Assembly (NCBI GenBank): GCA_902598125.1
Contig: CACKAJ010000002.1
Span: 105,545-169,544, forward strand
Direction: 5' to 3'
Origin: an uncultured Pelagibacteraceae bacterium
GTDB taxonomy: Bacteria; Pseudomonadota; Alphaproteobacteria; Pelagibacterales; Pelagibacteraceae
Length of the DNA stretch: 64,000 bases
In this document: piece by piece, positions 48,614-59,193 of the stretch
How positions within the stretch are numbered: the stretch's first letter is position 1
Layout of the letters: each line of letters starts with the position of its first letter
The notes under the pieces: generated by a model
Database searches by the model: none
What the model was told of the DNA's origin: nothing
The model's input: the letters and a program-made list of their open reading frames with translations, nothing else
Translations under genes and position numbers: made by a program

Positions 48614-49234
48614 ATGTTAGAGCAATTATTAATTACCTTTCAAATACTTATAATTGATGTTGTGATGGCCGCAGATAATGCCATCATTATAGGTCTAATT
48701 GCAGCAAACTTTGCACCTGATAATAGAAAAAAAATTATTGCATTGGGTGTTGCAGGAGCTTTTATTTTCAGGATATTTTTTGCAACAGGTGCAAATTACA
48801 TATTTGAGTTTCCTTGGGTAAAAATTTTAGGTGGTTTACTTTTAATTTGGGTAATCAATAATCTAAGACAAGATTTCTTTGGTCAAAATAAAATTAGATC
48901 TCCACAATTAAAATCAAAAGAACCGAAAAGTTTCGGCACTGGTGTATATCAAGTTTTGATTGCTGATTTAACATTGAGTTTTGATAACGTATTAGCTGTA
49001 GTAGCTGCATCTAAAGGAAATTTTCACATAATGGTAATTGGTCTTTTATTATCTGTATTTCTAATCGCTACACTTGCAAGTTACTTTGCAGACTTTATTA
49101 AAAAACATCAATGGCTTGGGTATTTGGGTTTAATTGTAATTTTAATTATTGCATTGCAATTAATCATTGGAGGTCTTGTGAACTACGAAGTCCTATCTAT
49201 CAACGAAAAATTTAAATTCTTATTCGCAATATGA
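48614..49234 (+). CDS. TerC/YjbE family membrane protein
   Basis: DVVMAADNA, IADLTLSFDNVLAV. Confidence 0.9.
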   Translation: MLEQLLITFQILIIDVVMAADNAIIIGLIAANFAPDNRKKIIALGVAGAFIFRIFFATGANYIFEFPWVKILGGLLLIWVINNLRQDFFGQNKIRSPQLKSKEPKSFGTGVYQVLIADLTLSFDNVLAVVAASKGNFHIMVIGLLLSVFLIATLASYFADFIKKHQWLGYLGLIVILIIALQLIIGGLVNYEVLSINEKFKFLFAI

Positions 49235-50193
49235 TAGATTTTTGCGTTCTAGGGTCAGGAGTTGCTGGCTCTACAATTGCAAATCTTTTATCTAAAAAAT
49301 ACTCAGTTCATGTCTTTGATAAAGCAAGAGGTCCTGGAGGGAGAGCATCAAATAAAAGATTTAAAAATTATTTAAGCTTTGATCATGGAGTTCAATATAT
49401 ATCTCCAAAATCAAAACTATTTATTAAATATATTCAAAAGCTTTATAAGAATAAAATATTAAAAAGTTGGGATGGCAATCATTTAGATTTTACATTTGAG
49501 AAAAAACCGTTTTCAACAAAATATATAGGTAGTAGAGCTAATAACGATTTAGTTAAGCATAATTTAAAAAAAATCAAACAGTCATTTGCTTCTCCAATTG
49601 AAAAAATTGTTTTCAAGAAATATTTTTGGGAAATTACTTTAAAAAATAAATCAAAATATCAATTTAAATCATTGATAATTACTTGCCCTTTTCCTCAATT
49701 AAAAAAATTAGCAAAAAATTATTTAGATAAAAGTATTTTAAAACTTAAAGTTCAAATGCAACCTAATATTACAGTAATGATAGCTCTAAAAAATCAAAAA
49801 AAACTTCCAATAAGTTCGATTAAATTTAATGATGATATTTTAGCTTGGGCCGCTAATGAAAATAGTAAAAAAAGATTTGAATCAAATATTAATTTATGGA
49901 CACTTCAAGCGACACTTAAATGGTCAAAAAAAACTATTAATAGATATAAAAATGACAAATCAATTATGAGTCAATTAATCACCCGTTTTACAAAATTAAC
50001 TGGATTTGAAAAAAATAAAATAATTTTTAAAAGAATTCATGGTTGGAAGTATTCATATAATTACAAAAAAACTCCTTACTTAAGCATTTGGTATAAAAAA
50101 ATTAATTTGGGTGTTTGTGGAGATTGGTTAAATGGTCCGAAAGTTGAAAATGCATGGTTAAGCGCTAATGATCTAGCAAGAAAAATAAGATAA
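49231..50193 (+). CDS. Renalase-like NAD(P)/FAD-dependent oxidoreductase
   Basis: GSGVAG, DKARGPGGR, FDHGVQY, W.YS, CGDW..G.KVE.AWLS. Confidence 0.85.
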   Translation: MIDFCVLGSGVAGSTIANLLSKKYSVHVFDKARGPGGRASNKRFKNYLSFDHGVQYISPKSKLFIKYIQKLYKNKILKSWDGNHLDFTFEKKPFSTKYIGSRANNDLVKHNLKKIKQSFASPIEKIVFKKYFWEITLKNKSKYQFKSLIITCPFPQLKKLAKNYLDKSILKLKVQMQPNITVMIALKNQKKLPISSIKFNDDILAWAANENSKKRFESNINLWTLQATLKWSKKTINRYKNDKSIMSQLITRFTKLTGFEKNKIIFKRIHGWKYSYNYKKTPYLSIWYKKINLGVCGDWLNGPKVENAWLSANDLARKIR

Positions 50194-51699
50194 TTAGAAA
50201 ATACCTTTACTACTTTTAGATTTATCTTTTATTGAACTTTTAACCTCAACGTTTAAGCCCATTAAATCTTTGGCTTTTAGTTTAGGAAGATTTTGTACGC
50301 ATTTTAAAAATCGATCTGACTCTTTTTTAGAAATTATACCATCAGTTAAAGTTTTAAATTTATATATATATTCTTTTCGAGTAAATGGTCTTTTTCCTGC
50401 TGGATGAGCATCAGCAACATTAATCTCCTCAGACATTGTAGATCCATCTTTCATTGTGATTATTACTTTACCACCAAAACATTTATTATCAGGATTAGGA
50501 TCGTGATATTTTTCTGTCCATCTTGCATCTTCTCTTGTTGAAATTTTTTGCCAAAGTTCAACAGTGCTTTTTCTTTGCGCCCTTTGAGGTGTATAGGATT
50601 TAACATGGTGCCATGCTCCATCCTCGAGTGCTACCGCAAAAATATACATTATAGAGTGATCTAAAGTTTCCCTGCTCGCTTTTGGATCCATTTTTTGAGG
50701 ATCGTTTGCTCCAGTTCCGATTACGTAATGAGTATGATGACTAGTTTCAATTACAATATTCTCGATGTCACTAACATTAGAAATCTTTTTATGAAGGCTT
50801 CTAGCTAGATCGATTAATGCTTGTGATTGATATTCTGCTGAGTGTTCTTTTGTATAAGTTTCAAGAATTGCTCTTTTAGGCTCATTAACATTTGGTAATG
50901 GTACTGTATATTCTTTGTCTGGTCCTGATAAAACATAAGCAATTACACTATCTTCTCCCTCGTAAATTGGTGATGGTGCACCCTCACCTCTCATACATCT
51001 GTCAACAGCCTCTACAGCAAGCTTACCGGCATGAGCTGGTGCAAAGGCTTTCCAGCTAGAAATTTCTCCTTTTCTAGATTGTCTTGTTGAAACAGTTATA
51101 TGTAATGCTTGCTGAACGGATTGATAAATTAGATCTGTTTTTAGATTTAATAAGGTTCCTATACCAGCTGCAATACTTGGTCCTAAGTGAGCAATGTGAT
51201 CAATTTTGTGTTCATGTAAGCATATACCTTTAACTAAATTAACTTGTACCTCGTAACCTGTAAGTATTCCTTTTATTAACTCTTTCCCATTGCATCCTTT
51301 TTGTTGTGCAACTGCTAGGATTGCCGGAATATTGTCACCTGGGTGACTATAATCTGCTGCTAAAAAAGTATCGTGATAATCTAGTTCTCTCACAGCAGTT
51401 CCGTTGGCCCATGCAGCCCATTCACAATCCACTTTAATTTTTGAATTTAAACCAAAAATAGTAGCCCCTAATTTTCGAGAGTGAGCTAAAGCCATTGCTC
51501 TTGCTGAAACAACAGGTCTTCTATTAAAAGAAGCAATAGCAACTGAAGCATTATCTATAATTCTATTGATAACCATATCAACTGCATCTTTATCTATTTT
51601 TGCTTTATCTGATGCAATCTCTGCAATTTTCCAGGCTAATTGGGCTTCTTTTTTTAGATTTGATTTTGATGGATGAACTTTAACTTTTATATCTCTCAT
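50194..51699 (-). CDS. prpD: 2-methylcitrate dehydratase (MmgE/PrpD family)
   Basis: [45 protein letters not shown]. Confidence 0.9.
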   Translation of the reverse strand: MRDIKVKVHPSKSNLKKEAQLAWKIAEIASDKAKIDKDAVDMVINRIIDNASVAIASFNRRPVVSARAMALAHSRKLGATIFGLNSKIKVDCEWAAWANGTAVRELDYHDTFLAADYSHPGDNIPAILAVAQQKGCNGKELIKGILTGYEVQVNLVKGICLHEHKIDHIAHLGPSIAAGIGTLLNLKTDLIYQSVQQALHITVSTRQSRKGEISSWKAFAPAHAGKLAVEAVDRCMRGEGAPSPIYEGEDSVIAYVLSGPDKEYTVPLPNVNEPKRAILETYTKEHSAEYQSQALIDLARSLHKKISNVSDIENIVIETSHHTHYVIGTGANDPQKMDPKASRETLDHSIMYIFAVALEDGAWHHVKSYTPQRAQRKSTVELWQKISTREDARWTEKYHDPNPDNKCFGGKVIITMKDGSTMSEEINVADAHPAGKRPFTRKEYIYKFKTLTDGIISKKESDRFLKCVQNLPKLKAKDLMGLNVEVKSSIKDKSKSSKGIF

Positions 51700-54375
51700 T
51701 TAGTTGGCGAGCATATTTCTTAAAACGTACTGCAAAATTCCTCCATTTTTGTAGTACTCAACTTCATTTGCGGTATCAATTCTACAAAGCATTTGAATTT
51801 TTTTACTTGTCCCGTCTTGGTATTTTATCTCACAAGTAACTTCTTGTCTTGGTTTAACACCTTTATCAATATTTACAACTGAAACTAATTCTGCTCCTGT
51901 AATATTTAATTTTTTACGATCAAAACCCTCTTTAAATTGAAGTGGTAAAACTCCCATTCCAATTAAATTTGATCTATGAATTCTCTCAAAACTCTCTGCT
52001 AAAACAGCTTTAATTCCTAAAAGTTTAGTTCCTTTAGCTGCCCAATCTCTTGATGAACCTGTACCATATTCTTTACCGGCTATTACAACTAAATCATTTT
52101 TTCTTTTTTTGTATTCCATTGCGGCTTCATAAACGCTCATTACTTTTCCATCTGGCTGTAACGTTGTAAATCCACCTTCAGTGCCAGGAGCCATTTCATT
52201 TCTTATTTTAATATTTCCAAACGTTCCTCTCATCATTACTTCATGATTTCCCCTTCTCGCACCATATGAATTAAAATCTTTTTGTTGTATTTGGTGCTTC
52301 ATAAAATAATCACCCGTTGGACTTTCTTTTTTAATACTTCCTGCTGGTGAAATATGATCCGTTGTTACTGAGTCAGCTAACAATAAAAGAATTCTAGCAT
52401 CATTGATTGGTTTAAAACCTTCTGGTTTGTCAGGTAAATCATCAAAAAATGGAGGTCTTTTTACATATGTAGAATTAGCTTCCCAGTTATAAATATCACT
52501 ATCTGTTGTGTTAATAGCTTGCCATTCTTTAGGTCCCTCTGACACATTTGAATATCTTTGCTTAAACATATCTGCGTTTAAAGAACTTAACATTAAATCT
52601 TCAATCTCTTTATTGCTTGGCCAAATATCTTTTAAGAAAACATCTTTACCATCTTTATCTTTTCCAAGAGCAGATTTATACATATCAAAGTTCATGTTAC
52701 CTGCTAAAGCATAAGCAACAACTAATGGAGGTGAAGCTAAGTAATTAGCTTTTACATCTGGATTAATTCTTCCTTCAAAATTTCTATTTCCAGATAAAAC
52801 TGAAACAGCGTAAAGATCATTTTTATTTATCGCATCCGATATATTTTGATTTAAAGGTCCAGAGTTACCAATACAAGTAGTGCAACCATAACCCACTAAA
52901 TTAAAACCAAGTTCATCTAAATATTTATTTAAACCAGCTTTTTCCAAATAATCTGTTACAACTTGCGAACCAGGAGCTAAAGAAGTTTTTACCCAAGGTT
53001 TAACTTTTAACCCTTTTTCATGAGCTTTCTTCGCTAAAAGACCTGCACCAATCATTACGCTTGGGTTAGAAGTATTTGTACAAGATGTTATCGCGGCAAT
53101 TACGATATCACCATCTTTTATATTAAAGTCAGTACCTTCAACTTTAGCTTCAATAGCCTTATCTCTTTTTGCATTTTCTTTATAAACTTTTGCAAAAGCA
53201 GTTGAAGCCTCGGTAAGTAAAACTTTATCCTGGGGTCGTTTAGGTCCAGAAATGCTTGTTACTACACTGCTAACATCTAATGAAAGAATATCTGTAAATA
53301 CAACATCATTGCTTGCCCAAAGCCCTTGTTCTTTTGAATATTTCTCGACTAATGCTATTGTTTCCTGATCTCTCCCGGATAATTTTAAATATTTAAGAGT
53401 TTCATCATCAACTGGAAAGAAACCACATGTAGCTCCATATTCGGGAGCCATGTTTGCAATTGTTGCTCTATCAGCTAAAGTTAAATTTTTTAAACCTTCA
53501 CCATAAAATTCTACAAATTTTCCAACCACACCTTTTTTTCTAAGCATTTCAACAATGACTAAAACTAAGTCTGTTGCAGTTGTTCCTTCTTTTAATTTTC
53601 CTTTAAGTTCAACTCCAACAACTTCTGGAATTAACATTGAAATAGGCTGACCTAACATTGCAGCCTCTGCTTCTATTCCACCAACACCCCAACCTAAAAC
53701 AGATAAACCATTGACCATAGTAGTATGGCTATCAGTTCCAACTAAAGTATCTGGATAAGCATATAACTCATTTCCACTTTTTGATGACCAAACAACTTTA
53801 GATAAATATTCTAAATTCACTTGATGACAAATTCCTGTTCCAGGAGGCACAACTCTAAAATTATCAAATGCTTTTTGTCCCCACTTTAAAAAGGAATATC
53901 TTTCACCATTTCTTGAAAATTCTCTTTCAACATTTTTATTGAATGATTTTCCTGAAGCATATTCATCGACCATCACTGAATGATCTATAACTAAATCAAC
54001 TGTAGATAATGGATTTATCTTATCTGGATTTTTATTTTTATTTTTTACCGCATCTCTCATTGCTGCAAGGTCTGCAATAGCAGGAATTCCGGTATAATCT
54101 TGCAATAAAGTACGTGCAGGTCTGTAAGCTATTTCTGTGTTTGATTTTTTATTTTTAAGCCAATCTTTTAAGGCTAATATTTGTTTTTTATCTACAGTTA
54201 CATCATCTTCATACCTTAGAAGATTTTCCAATAATACCTTAAGTGATTTAGGAAGTTTTGATATTCCTTCTAATCCATTTTTTTCTGCTGTTTTTAAGTT
54301 GAAATATTTAAAATCTTTTCCTGATGAACTGAGAATATCTAGTGATTGAAAAGAATTTTTACTATTAAATTTCAT
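51700..54375 (-). CDS. acnA: Aconitate hydratase A
   Basis: QDYTG, GTDSHT, AAITSCTNTSNP, GYGCTTCIGNSG, TTDHISP, GSSRDWAAKG. Confidence 0.97.
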   Translation of the reverse strand: MKFNSKNSFQSLDILSSSGKDFKYFNLKTAEKNGLEGISKLPKSLKVLLENLLRYEDDVTVDKKQILALKDWLKNKKSNTEIAYRPARTLLQDYTGIPAIADLAAMRDAVKNKNKNPDKINPLSTVDLVIDHSVMVDEYASGKSFNKNVEREFSRNGERYSFLKWGQKAFDNFRVVPPGTGICHQVNLEYLSKVVWSSKSGNELYAYPDTLVGTDSHTTMVNGLSVLGWGVGGIEAEAAMLGQPISMLIPEVVGVELKGKLKEGTTATDLVLVIVEMLRKKGVVGKFVEFYGEGLKNLTLADRATIANMAPEYGATCGFFPVDDETLKYLKLSGRDQETIALVEKYSKEQGLWASNDVVFTDILSLDVSSVVTSISGPKRPQDKVLLTEASTAFAKVYKENAKRDKAIEAKVEGTDFNIKDGDIVIAAITSCTNTSNPSVMIGAGLLAKKAHEKGLKVKPWVKTSLAPGSQVVTDYLEKAGLNKYLDELGFNLVGYGCTTCIGNSGPLNQNISDAINKNDLYAVSVLSGNRNFEGRINPDVKANYLASPPLVVAYALAGNMNFDMYKSALGKDKDGKDVFLKDIWPSNKEIEDLMLSSLNADMFKQRYSNVSEGPKEWQAINTTDSDIYNWEANSTYVKRPPFFDDLPDKPEGFKPINDARILLLLADSVTTDHISPAGSIKKESPTGDYFMKHQIQQKDFNSYGARRGNHEVMMRGTFGNIKIRNEMAPGTEGGFTTLQPDGKVMSVYEAAMEYKKRKNDLVVIAGKEYGTGSSRDWAAKGTKLLGIKAVLAESFERIHRSNLIGMGVLPLQFKEGFDRKKLNITGAELVSVVNIDKGVKPRQEVTCEIKYQDGTSKKIQMLCRIDTANEVEYYKNGGILQYVLRNMLAN

Positions 54376-54378
54376 GCG

Positions 54379-54966
54379 CTATACATAGAACAAAATCACA
54401 CAAACGATAAGTAAAAAAGACATTGTATAATTAAAATTCTTAATAAATTTATCACTTGTGGCGAATTTTCTCATGTATTTACCCATTAAACACCAAGCTG
54501 TTTGACTTCCAACAGCCATTAAAAACCAGACTAAAGTCAAAGTTATAGAATCTCTTAAATAATTGTTTTGCGTATCAATGAATAAAGAAATTGAAGTTAA
54601 ACCGACTATAATGCTTTTAGGATTTATGAATTGAAACCAAAAAGTATTTAAAAAGGTTACTGGTTTTGGATCAATCTTTTTATCTTTAGTTTGTCCTGCA
54701 AAAGATAATTTATACGCCATATATAATAAGTAAATTGACCCTAATATTTTAATTGTAGTTTGAATAAATGTATACTTTTGAAAAATAGCTCCAGAAGTCA
54801 ATTGCAAAAGTATAATTAAAAGTGTCCATCCGATAATTACTCCAAGCATTGTTGGAATAGCTTTTCTAAATCCAAAATTGAAAGCTGTATAAGATGTCAT
54901 GATATTATTTGGACCAGGAGAAAACGCAGTTGCAATGCCGAATAATATTAATGGAAAAAGTTGCAT
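54379..54966 (-). CDS. LysE/RhtB family translocator
   Basis: SPGPNN, G..YLLY.A, FQFINPK. Confidence 0.9.
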   Translation of the reverse strand: MQLFPLILFGIATAFSPGPNNIMTSYTAFNFGFRKAIPTMLGVIIGWTLLIILLQLTSGAIFQKYTFIQTTIKILGSIYLLYMAYKLSFAGQTKDKKIDPKPVTFLNTFWFQFINPKSIIVGLTSISLFIDTQNNYLRDSITLTLVWFLMAVGSQTAWCLMGKYMRKFATSDKFIKNFNYTMSFLLIVCVILFYV

Positions 54967-54972
54967 TTAAAC

Positions 54973-55422
54973 TTAATGAGGCGCTCTAAATCTACTATGG
55001 CACGCTGTACAATTACTCCACATTAACTCCTTTTGTACTGCTCTAAGGTCTTCTGCGGTGTCAATGGCTTTAGCAAGTTTGATCATATCGTCTGAAGCTT
55101 TTTGCATTAAAGCATTAAACTCATCTTTGTTTTCCCAAATACTTGGAAGTGCTTCCGTTTTAAAACCTTCTTTTGTATTTTCAGGAAAATAATCCAATAA
55201 TTTTTTATAGTTATCTGAAATTTTCTTCATTAAAGGTTTTGCCTCTTCAATTTTTTTAGATTTCAATAATATAGATATTTTTTTTGCATTTTGATAGTTT
55301 TCACTAAACATAGCTTTTCTGCCTTTTATGATTTCTTCTACAGTCATAGCGTTAGCATAAAAGGGAAAGCTCATGAAAAAAATAAAAATAATTGTTTGTA
55401 TTATTTTTATTTTTTGTTTCAT
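54973..55422 (-). CDS. Cytochrome c'/c556 (class II)
   Basis: Signal peptide; TEALPSIWE; C-terminal CTACH. Confidence 0.9.
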   Translation of the reverse strand: MKQKIKIIQTIIFIFFMSFPFYANAMTVEEIIKGRKAMFSENYQNAKKISILLKSKKIEEAKPLMKKISDNYKKLLDYFPENTKEGFKTEALPSIWENKDEFNALMQKASDDMIKLAKAIDTAEDLRAVQKELMWSNCTACHSRFRAPH

Positions 55423-55426
55423 AAGA

Positions 55427-55909
55427 TTATATTGTCATGAATACTGAGGATTTCCCATCTTTAAGTTGATAAATAACATAGGGTTCGTCTTTATCACCTG
55501 GCATTCCTGGTGTGCCAATCGGCATTCCGGGCAAAGCTATACCATCAATATCGGGTTGCTCTTTTAATAATTTTTCAACCGCCTCAAAAGGGACATGTCC
55601 TTCAATAAAGTATTTACCCATAATAGTAGTATGGCAAGACTGCATTTCGACTGGGATGTTATACTTTTGTTTTATTGTATGAAGGCTTCTCATATCTGTT
55701 TGTTTAACTTTAAATTTTTCTTCCTCTAAAAATAAGACATAGCCATAGCAACATCCGCAAGTAGGAGTTTTAAAAACTTCGACAACTTGTTTGGTGTTAA
55801 TATTGGCTAGAGCATCTTTTTTATCTGTGACAAAATTAAAGATATAAAAAACAGAGAATAAAACTACTGTAAAAATAATGAATTTAGATATGGTGCTTTT
55901 AAATGACAT
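55427..55909 (-). CDS. DUF411 metal-binding protein
   Basis: PTCGCC, SCHT, EGHVP, PGMPIGTPGM. Confidence 0.9.
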   Translation of the reverse strand: MSFKSTISKFIIFTVVLFSVFYIFNFVTDKKDALANINTKQVVEVFKTPTCGCCYGYVLFLEEEKFKVKQTDMRSLHTIKQKYNIPVEMQSCHTTIMGKYFIEGHVPFEAVEKLLKEQPDIDGIALPGMPIGTPGMPGDKDEPYVIYQLKDGKSSVFMTI

Positions 55910-55927
55910 GTCTAATAATAATTAATA

Positions 55928-56458
55928 ATGAAAATTTTTAACAGTCAAAATGAATATGGCCTATTGGCCAAATTGTTCCACTGGGTAACATTTATAGTCT
56001 TAATAGCACAAGTCCCTTTTGGATTTTATTTAGTAGGGCTTGAATTTTCTGACGAAAGAATTGAACTTGAAAATATACATATCCTAGTTGGAATAACCGT
56101 TTTCTATCTTACTTTGTTTAGACTTATTTGGAAATTTTTTAATAAAAGTCCATCTGAAACTAAAAGTTTTTTTAAAGGACAAGTCTTCATCGGAAAGGCT
56201 AACCATTTTTTGCTTTATGTAACTATTTTTTCTATAACTATTTCTGGAATTCTTAAAAAACTTTATATGGGAGAAAAGCTAAATTTCATATTTTTTAAAT
56301 ATGGATTTGAAAAAGATAATTTTGTTTTAGCTGATGCTTATTATGAAGTTCATATTTATGCTAATTACTTATTATTAGCACTTGTAAGTCTGCACATACT
56401 TGCAGTGATTGTTCATCATTTTGTTTTTAAGGATAAAATCTTAAACAAAATTACTTAA
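55928..56458 (+). CDS. Cytochrome b561 family protein
   Basis: FHW, H...G, RL.W, H..LY, H.........LH.LA...H. Confidence 0.88.
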   Translation: MKIFNSQNEYGLLAKLFHWVTFIVLIAQVPFGFYLVGLEFSDERIELENIHILVGITVFYLTLFRLIWKFFNKSPSETKSFFKGQVFIGKANHFLLYVTIFSITISGILKKLYMGEKLNFIFFKYGFEKDNFVLADAYYEVHIYANYLLLALVSLHILAVIVHHFVFKDKILNKIT

Positions 56459-56892
56459 TGGCAAGCCTCGTTAAATTTTTTTAGTCTCCAATAATTATAT
56501 GGCCAAGGCGTTACAAAACCAACAGCTAACATTATTGGTACAACCCACCAAGTTAAAATAGCTCCTCCAGTAAGAAAATAGTCAGTAGCATTCATGGCAA
56601 TTTCCATGCTTACCATTGAGATTAAACTCATTCCAACAGCTGTTTTAAAAGCTAATTTTAAAGAAAAATTTTGCCTTAATAAGATAATCGTTTCTAAGAT
56701 TATACTTGTAATGATCCCGTTGATTATCGCTAGAACCATAATTGCTAAAACAGGAAAAGGAATTTTTGTTAATTGAAAAAATAAAATAGTTCCAAAATCA
56801 CCAATAGAGCAACCAAGTAAACACCAAAACGTATTTTTTGCGCTTCTAGACCAAGTGTGTTTACAGCTCCAATTAAATGTTTCAGAACTCAT
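56455..56892 (-). CDS. DUF4396 family membrane protein
   Basis: T.WCLLGCSIGD, MS..SM.SME..MN, PYNYWRL. Confidence 0.8.
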   Translation of the reverse strand: MSSETFNWSCKHTWSRSAKNTFWCLLGCSIGDFGTILFFQLTKIPFPVLAIMVLAIINGIITSIILETIILLRQNFSLKLAFKTAVGMSLISMVSMEIAMNATDYFLTGGAILTWWVVPIMLAVGFVTPWPYNYWRLKKFNEACH

Positions 56893-57227
56893 TATGCGAT
56901 ATCTAAACCATTATCAGTTTTCTGAGACGGGTGCACTAGGACAACTTTTCCGTCTTTTTCAATAGCTCCAAGTACTAAAACTTCTGATACAACGCCAGCT
57001 ATATTTTTTGTCGGAAAATTACAAACTCCTATAACTTGTTTGCCTACTAAATTTTCAGGATTGTAATAGTGAGTAATCTGCGCTGAAGATTGCTTAATAC
57101 CTATTTCTTTTCCAAAATCTACCTTAACTACTAATGAAGGTTTTCTTGCTTTTTCATTTTTTTTTACTTCTATAACAGTGCCAACTTTAATCTGCACTTT
57201 CTTAAAATCATCGTAAGTTATTTCCAT
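56892..57227 (-). CDS. csaA: tRNA-binding protein / chaperone CsaA
   Basis: DFG..IG.KQSSAQIT, NFP.K.IAG..SEVLVLG. Confidence 0.9.
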   Translation of the reverse strand: MEITYDDFKKVQIKVGTVIEVKKNEKARKPSLVVKVDFGKEIGIKQSSAQITHYYNPENLVGKQVIGVCNFPTKNIAGVVSEVLVLGAIEKDGKVVLVHPSQKTDNGLDIA

Positions 57228-57245
57228 AATTTCCTTTCTATAAAT

Positions 57246-57272
57246 AAAAAAGGGGGCCTAAGCCCCCTTTTA
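57246..57272 (-). terminator. Intrinsic terminator after livK
   Basis: Minus strand AAAGGGGGC-UUAG-GCCCCCUUUUUU. Confidence 0.88.
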
Positions 57273-57291
57273 AATTAGTTAAGCAATTGGT

Positions 57292-58395
57292 TTACAGTTC
57301 TTTGTATTTACCTTTGCTCCACTCATAAAATACATAACCTGGTAAGCTCACATCACCTTTTCTGTCAAAGCTTAGTGAACCAATTACAGTATCAAACTTA
57401 CCTTTTCTCATTACTTTAAGAACTTTAGCAGGATCGTTTGTTCCAGCTTGATTAGCAGCTTGTTCGAATACTTGTAACGCAGCGTATGAATAAAGAACAT
57501 AACCTTCTGGCTCAATACCAGCAGCTTTAAATTCTTTTACAACACTTGCAGCAGCAGGATTATTTCTTGGATCTGGAGAGAAAGTCATTAACGTACCTTC
57601 TCCTGCATTACCTGTAATATCCCAATACTCAGCTGTAACTAATGCGTCACCGCTGATTAATTTAGTTTTCATACCTTGATCTCTCATTTGTCTTACGATC
57701 AAACCACCTTCTGTGTGGTAACCACCAAGATATACTGCATCAATGTTATTTGATTTTAGTTTTGAAACTAAAGCAGAATAGTCTTTTTCACCTGCTGTAT
57801 AAGCTTCGTACATAGCGTCTTTAAGGCCAGCTTTCTTCATGTTTTTTCTGGTAGCGTCTGCTAAACCTTTTCCGTAAGCAGTTTTATCATGAAGGATAGC
57901 TACTTTTTTACCTTTGTAGTTTTCAGCTAAGAATTTACCAGCCACTTCACCCTGCTGATCATCTCGACCACAAACTCTAAAAGTATATTTACCACCTTTA
58001 TCCGTTAACGCTGGATTTGTTGAAGCTGGTGAAACTTGAATAATTCCTTCTTCGTTGTAAACCGCAGAAGCTGGAATTGAAGAACCAGAGCAGAAGTGAC
58101 CTGCTACATAAGCTACACCTTGACCAGCAAATTTATTGGCTACAGCAACAGCTTGTTTAGGATCGCAAGCATCATCTCCGATTTCTAATTTAACTTTCTC
58201 ACCATTAATTCCACCTTTTTTATTAACGTGCTTTAACCACATTTCAGCACCAGCTTTTAACTGAGCACCAAATGAAGCGTACTGACCTGACATAGGTCCA
58301 GCAGAAGCAACTACAACGTCAGCTTTAGCTGATACTGTTGCAAGCATTAATGTTCCGGCAATTAATGAAAGAAGTTTATTGAACGTTCTTAACAT
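57292..58395 (-). CDS. livK: Branched-chain amino acid ABC transporter substrate-binding protein
   Basis: Signal peptide; DDACDPKQAVAVAN, GHFCSGSSIPAS, GRDDQQG, HDKTAYGKGLA. Confidence 0.93.
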   Translation of the reverse strand: MLRTFNKLLSLIAGTLMLATVSAKADVVVASAGPMSGQYASFGAQLKAGAEMWLKHVNKKGGINGEKVKLEIGDDACDPKQAVAVANKFAGQGVAYVAGHFCSGSSIPASAVYNEEGIIQVSPASTNPALTDKGGKYTFRVCGRDDQQGEVAGKFLAENYKGKKVAILHDKTAYGKGLADATRKNMKKAGLKDAMYEAYTAGEKDYSALVSKLKSNNIDAVYLGGYHTEGGLIVRQMRDQGMKTKLISGDALVTAEYWDITGNAGEGTLMTFSPDPRNNPAAASVVKEFKAAGIEPEGYVLYSYAALQVFEQAANQAGTNDPAKVLKVMRKGKFDTVIGSLSFDRKGDVSLPGYVFYEWSKGKYKEL

Positions 58396-58473
58396 ATTAT
58401 TTCCCTTTGTTGTTAATTAATTAATTATTGATATTGAACACCTTAATTACAATCTTGTAAATATGAAAAAAAG

Positions 58474-59193
58474 TTAATTTTTTGCCCCACCTTCGAGATA
58501 AGCGGCTTGTATGTCTTTATTTTTGAGCAACTCTTGACCAGAACCCTTAATGGTCACCTTGCCATTAACTAAAACATATGCTCTGTCTGCGAGCTCTAAA
58601 GCTTTTTTGGCATTTTGTTCAACTAAAAAAATAGTAACATTTTTTTCTTTATTAATATTTTTTATTGAAACAAAAATTTGGTTAACTAATTTAGGTGCTA
58701 TTCCTAGTGAAGGTTCGTCCAACAAAAGCACTTTGGGTTTACTCATTAAAGCTCTTCCAATGGCTAGCATTTGTTGTTCTCCTCCTGAAAGTGTTCCGCC
58801 TCTCTGAGTTTTTCTATCACTTAATACAGGAAATAAATCATAAACTTCCTTTATATCGTTTTCAAAATACTTCCCTTTTTCATTTGCATGAGCGCCTAAT
58901 CTTAAATTTTCTTCCACAGTTAGTCTTGAAAAAATTCTTCTTCCTTCTGGTACTTGACAAATACCCATATCAACGATTTTGTGGGGTTGTTGGTTTTCAA
59001 TATTCTCACCGTTGAAAACTATATTTCCTCTTTTAGCTTTATTCACACCACTAATAGTCATAAGCAAAGTTGATTTACCTGCTCCGTTAGAGCCAATTAA
59101 AGAAACAATTTCACCGTCATTCACATCAAGATCAACTCCTCTCAAAGCTTGTATCTTCCCGTAAAATGTCTCAACATTTGAAATTTTAAGCAT
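58474..59193 (-). CDS. livF: BCAA ABC transporter ATPase
   Basis: GSNGAGKST, VPEGRRIF, LSGGEQQML, DEPSLG. Confidence 0.95.
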   Translation of the reverse strand: MLKISNVETFYGKIQALRGVDLDVNDGEIVSLIGSNGAGKSTLLMTISGVNKAKRGNIVFNGENIENQQPHKIVDMGICQVPEGRRIFSRLTVEENLRLGAHANEKGKYFENDIKEVYDLFPVLSDRKTQRGGTLSGGEQQMLAIGRALMSKPKVLLLDEPSLGIAPKLVNQIFVSIKNINKEKNVTIFLVEQNAKKALELADRAYVLVNGKVTIKGSGQELLKNKDIQAAYLEGGAKN

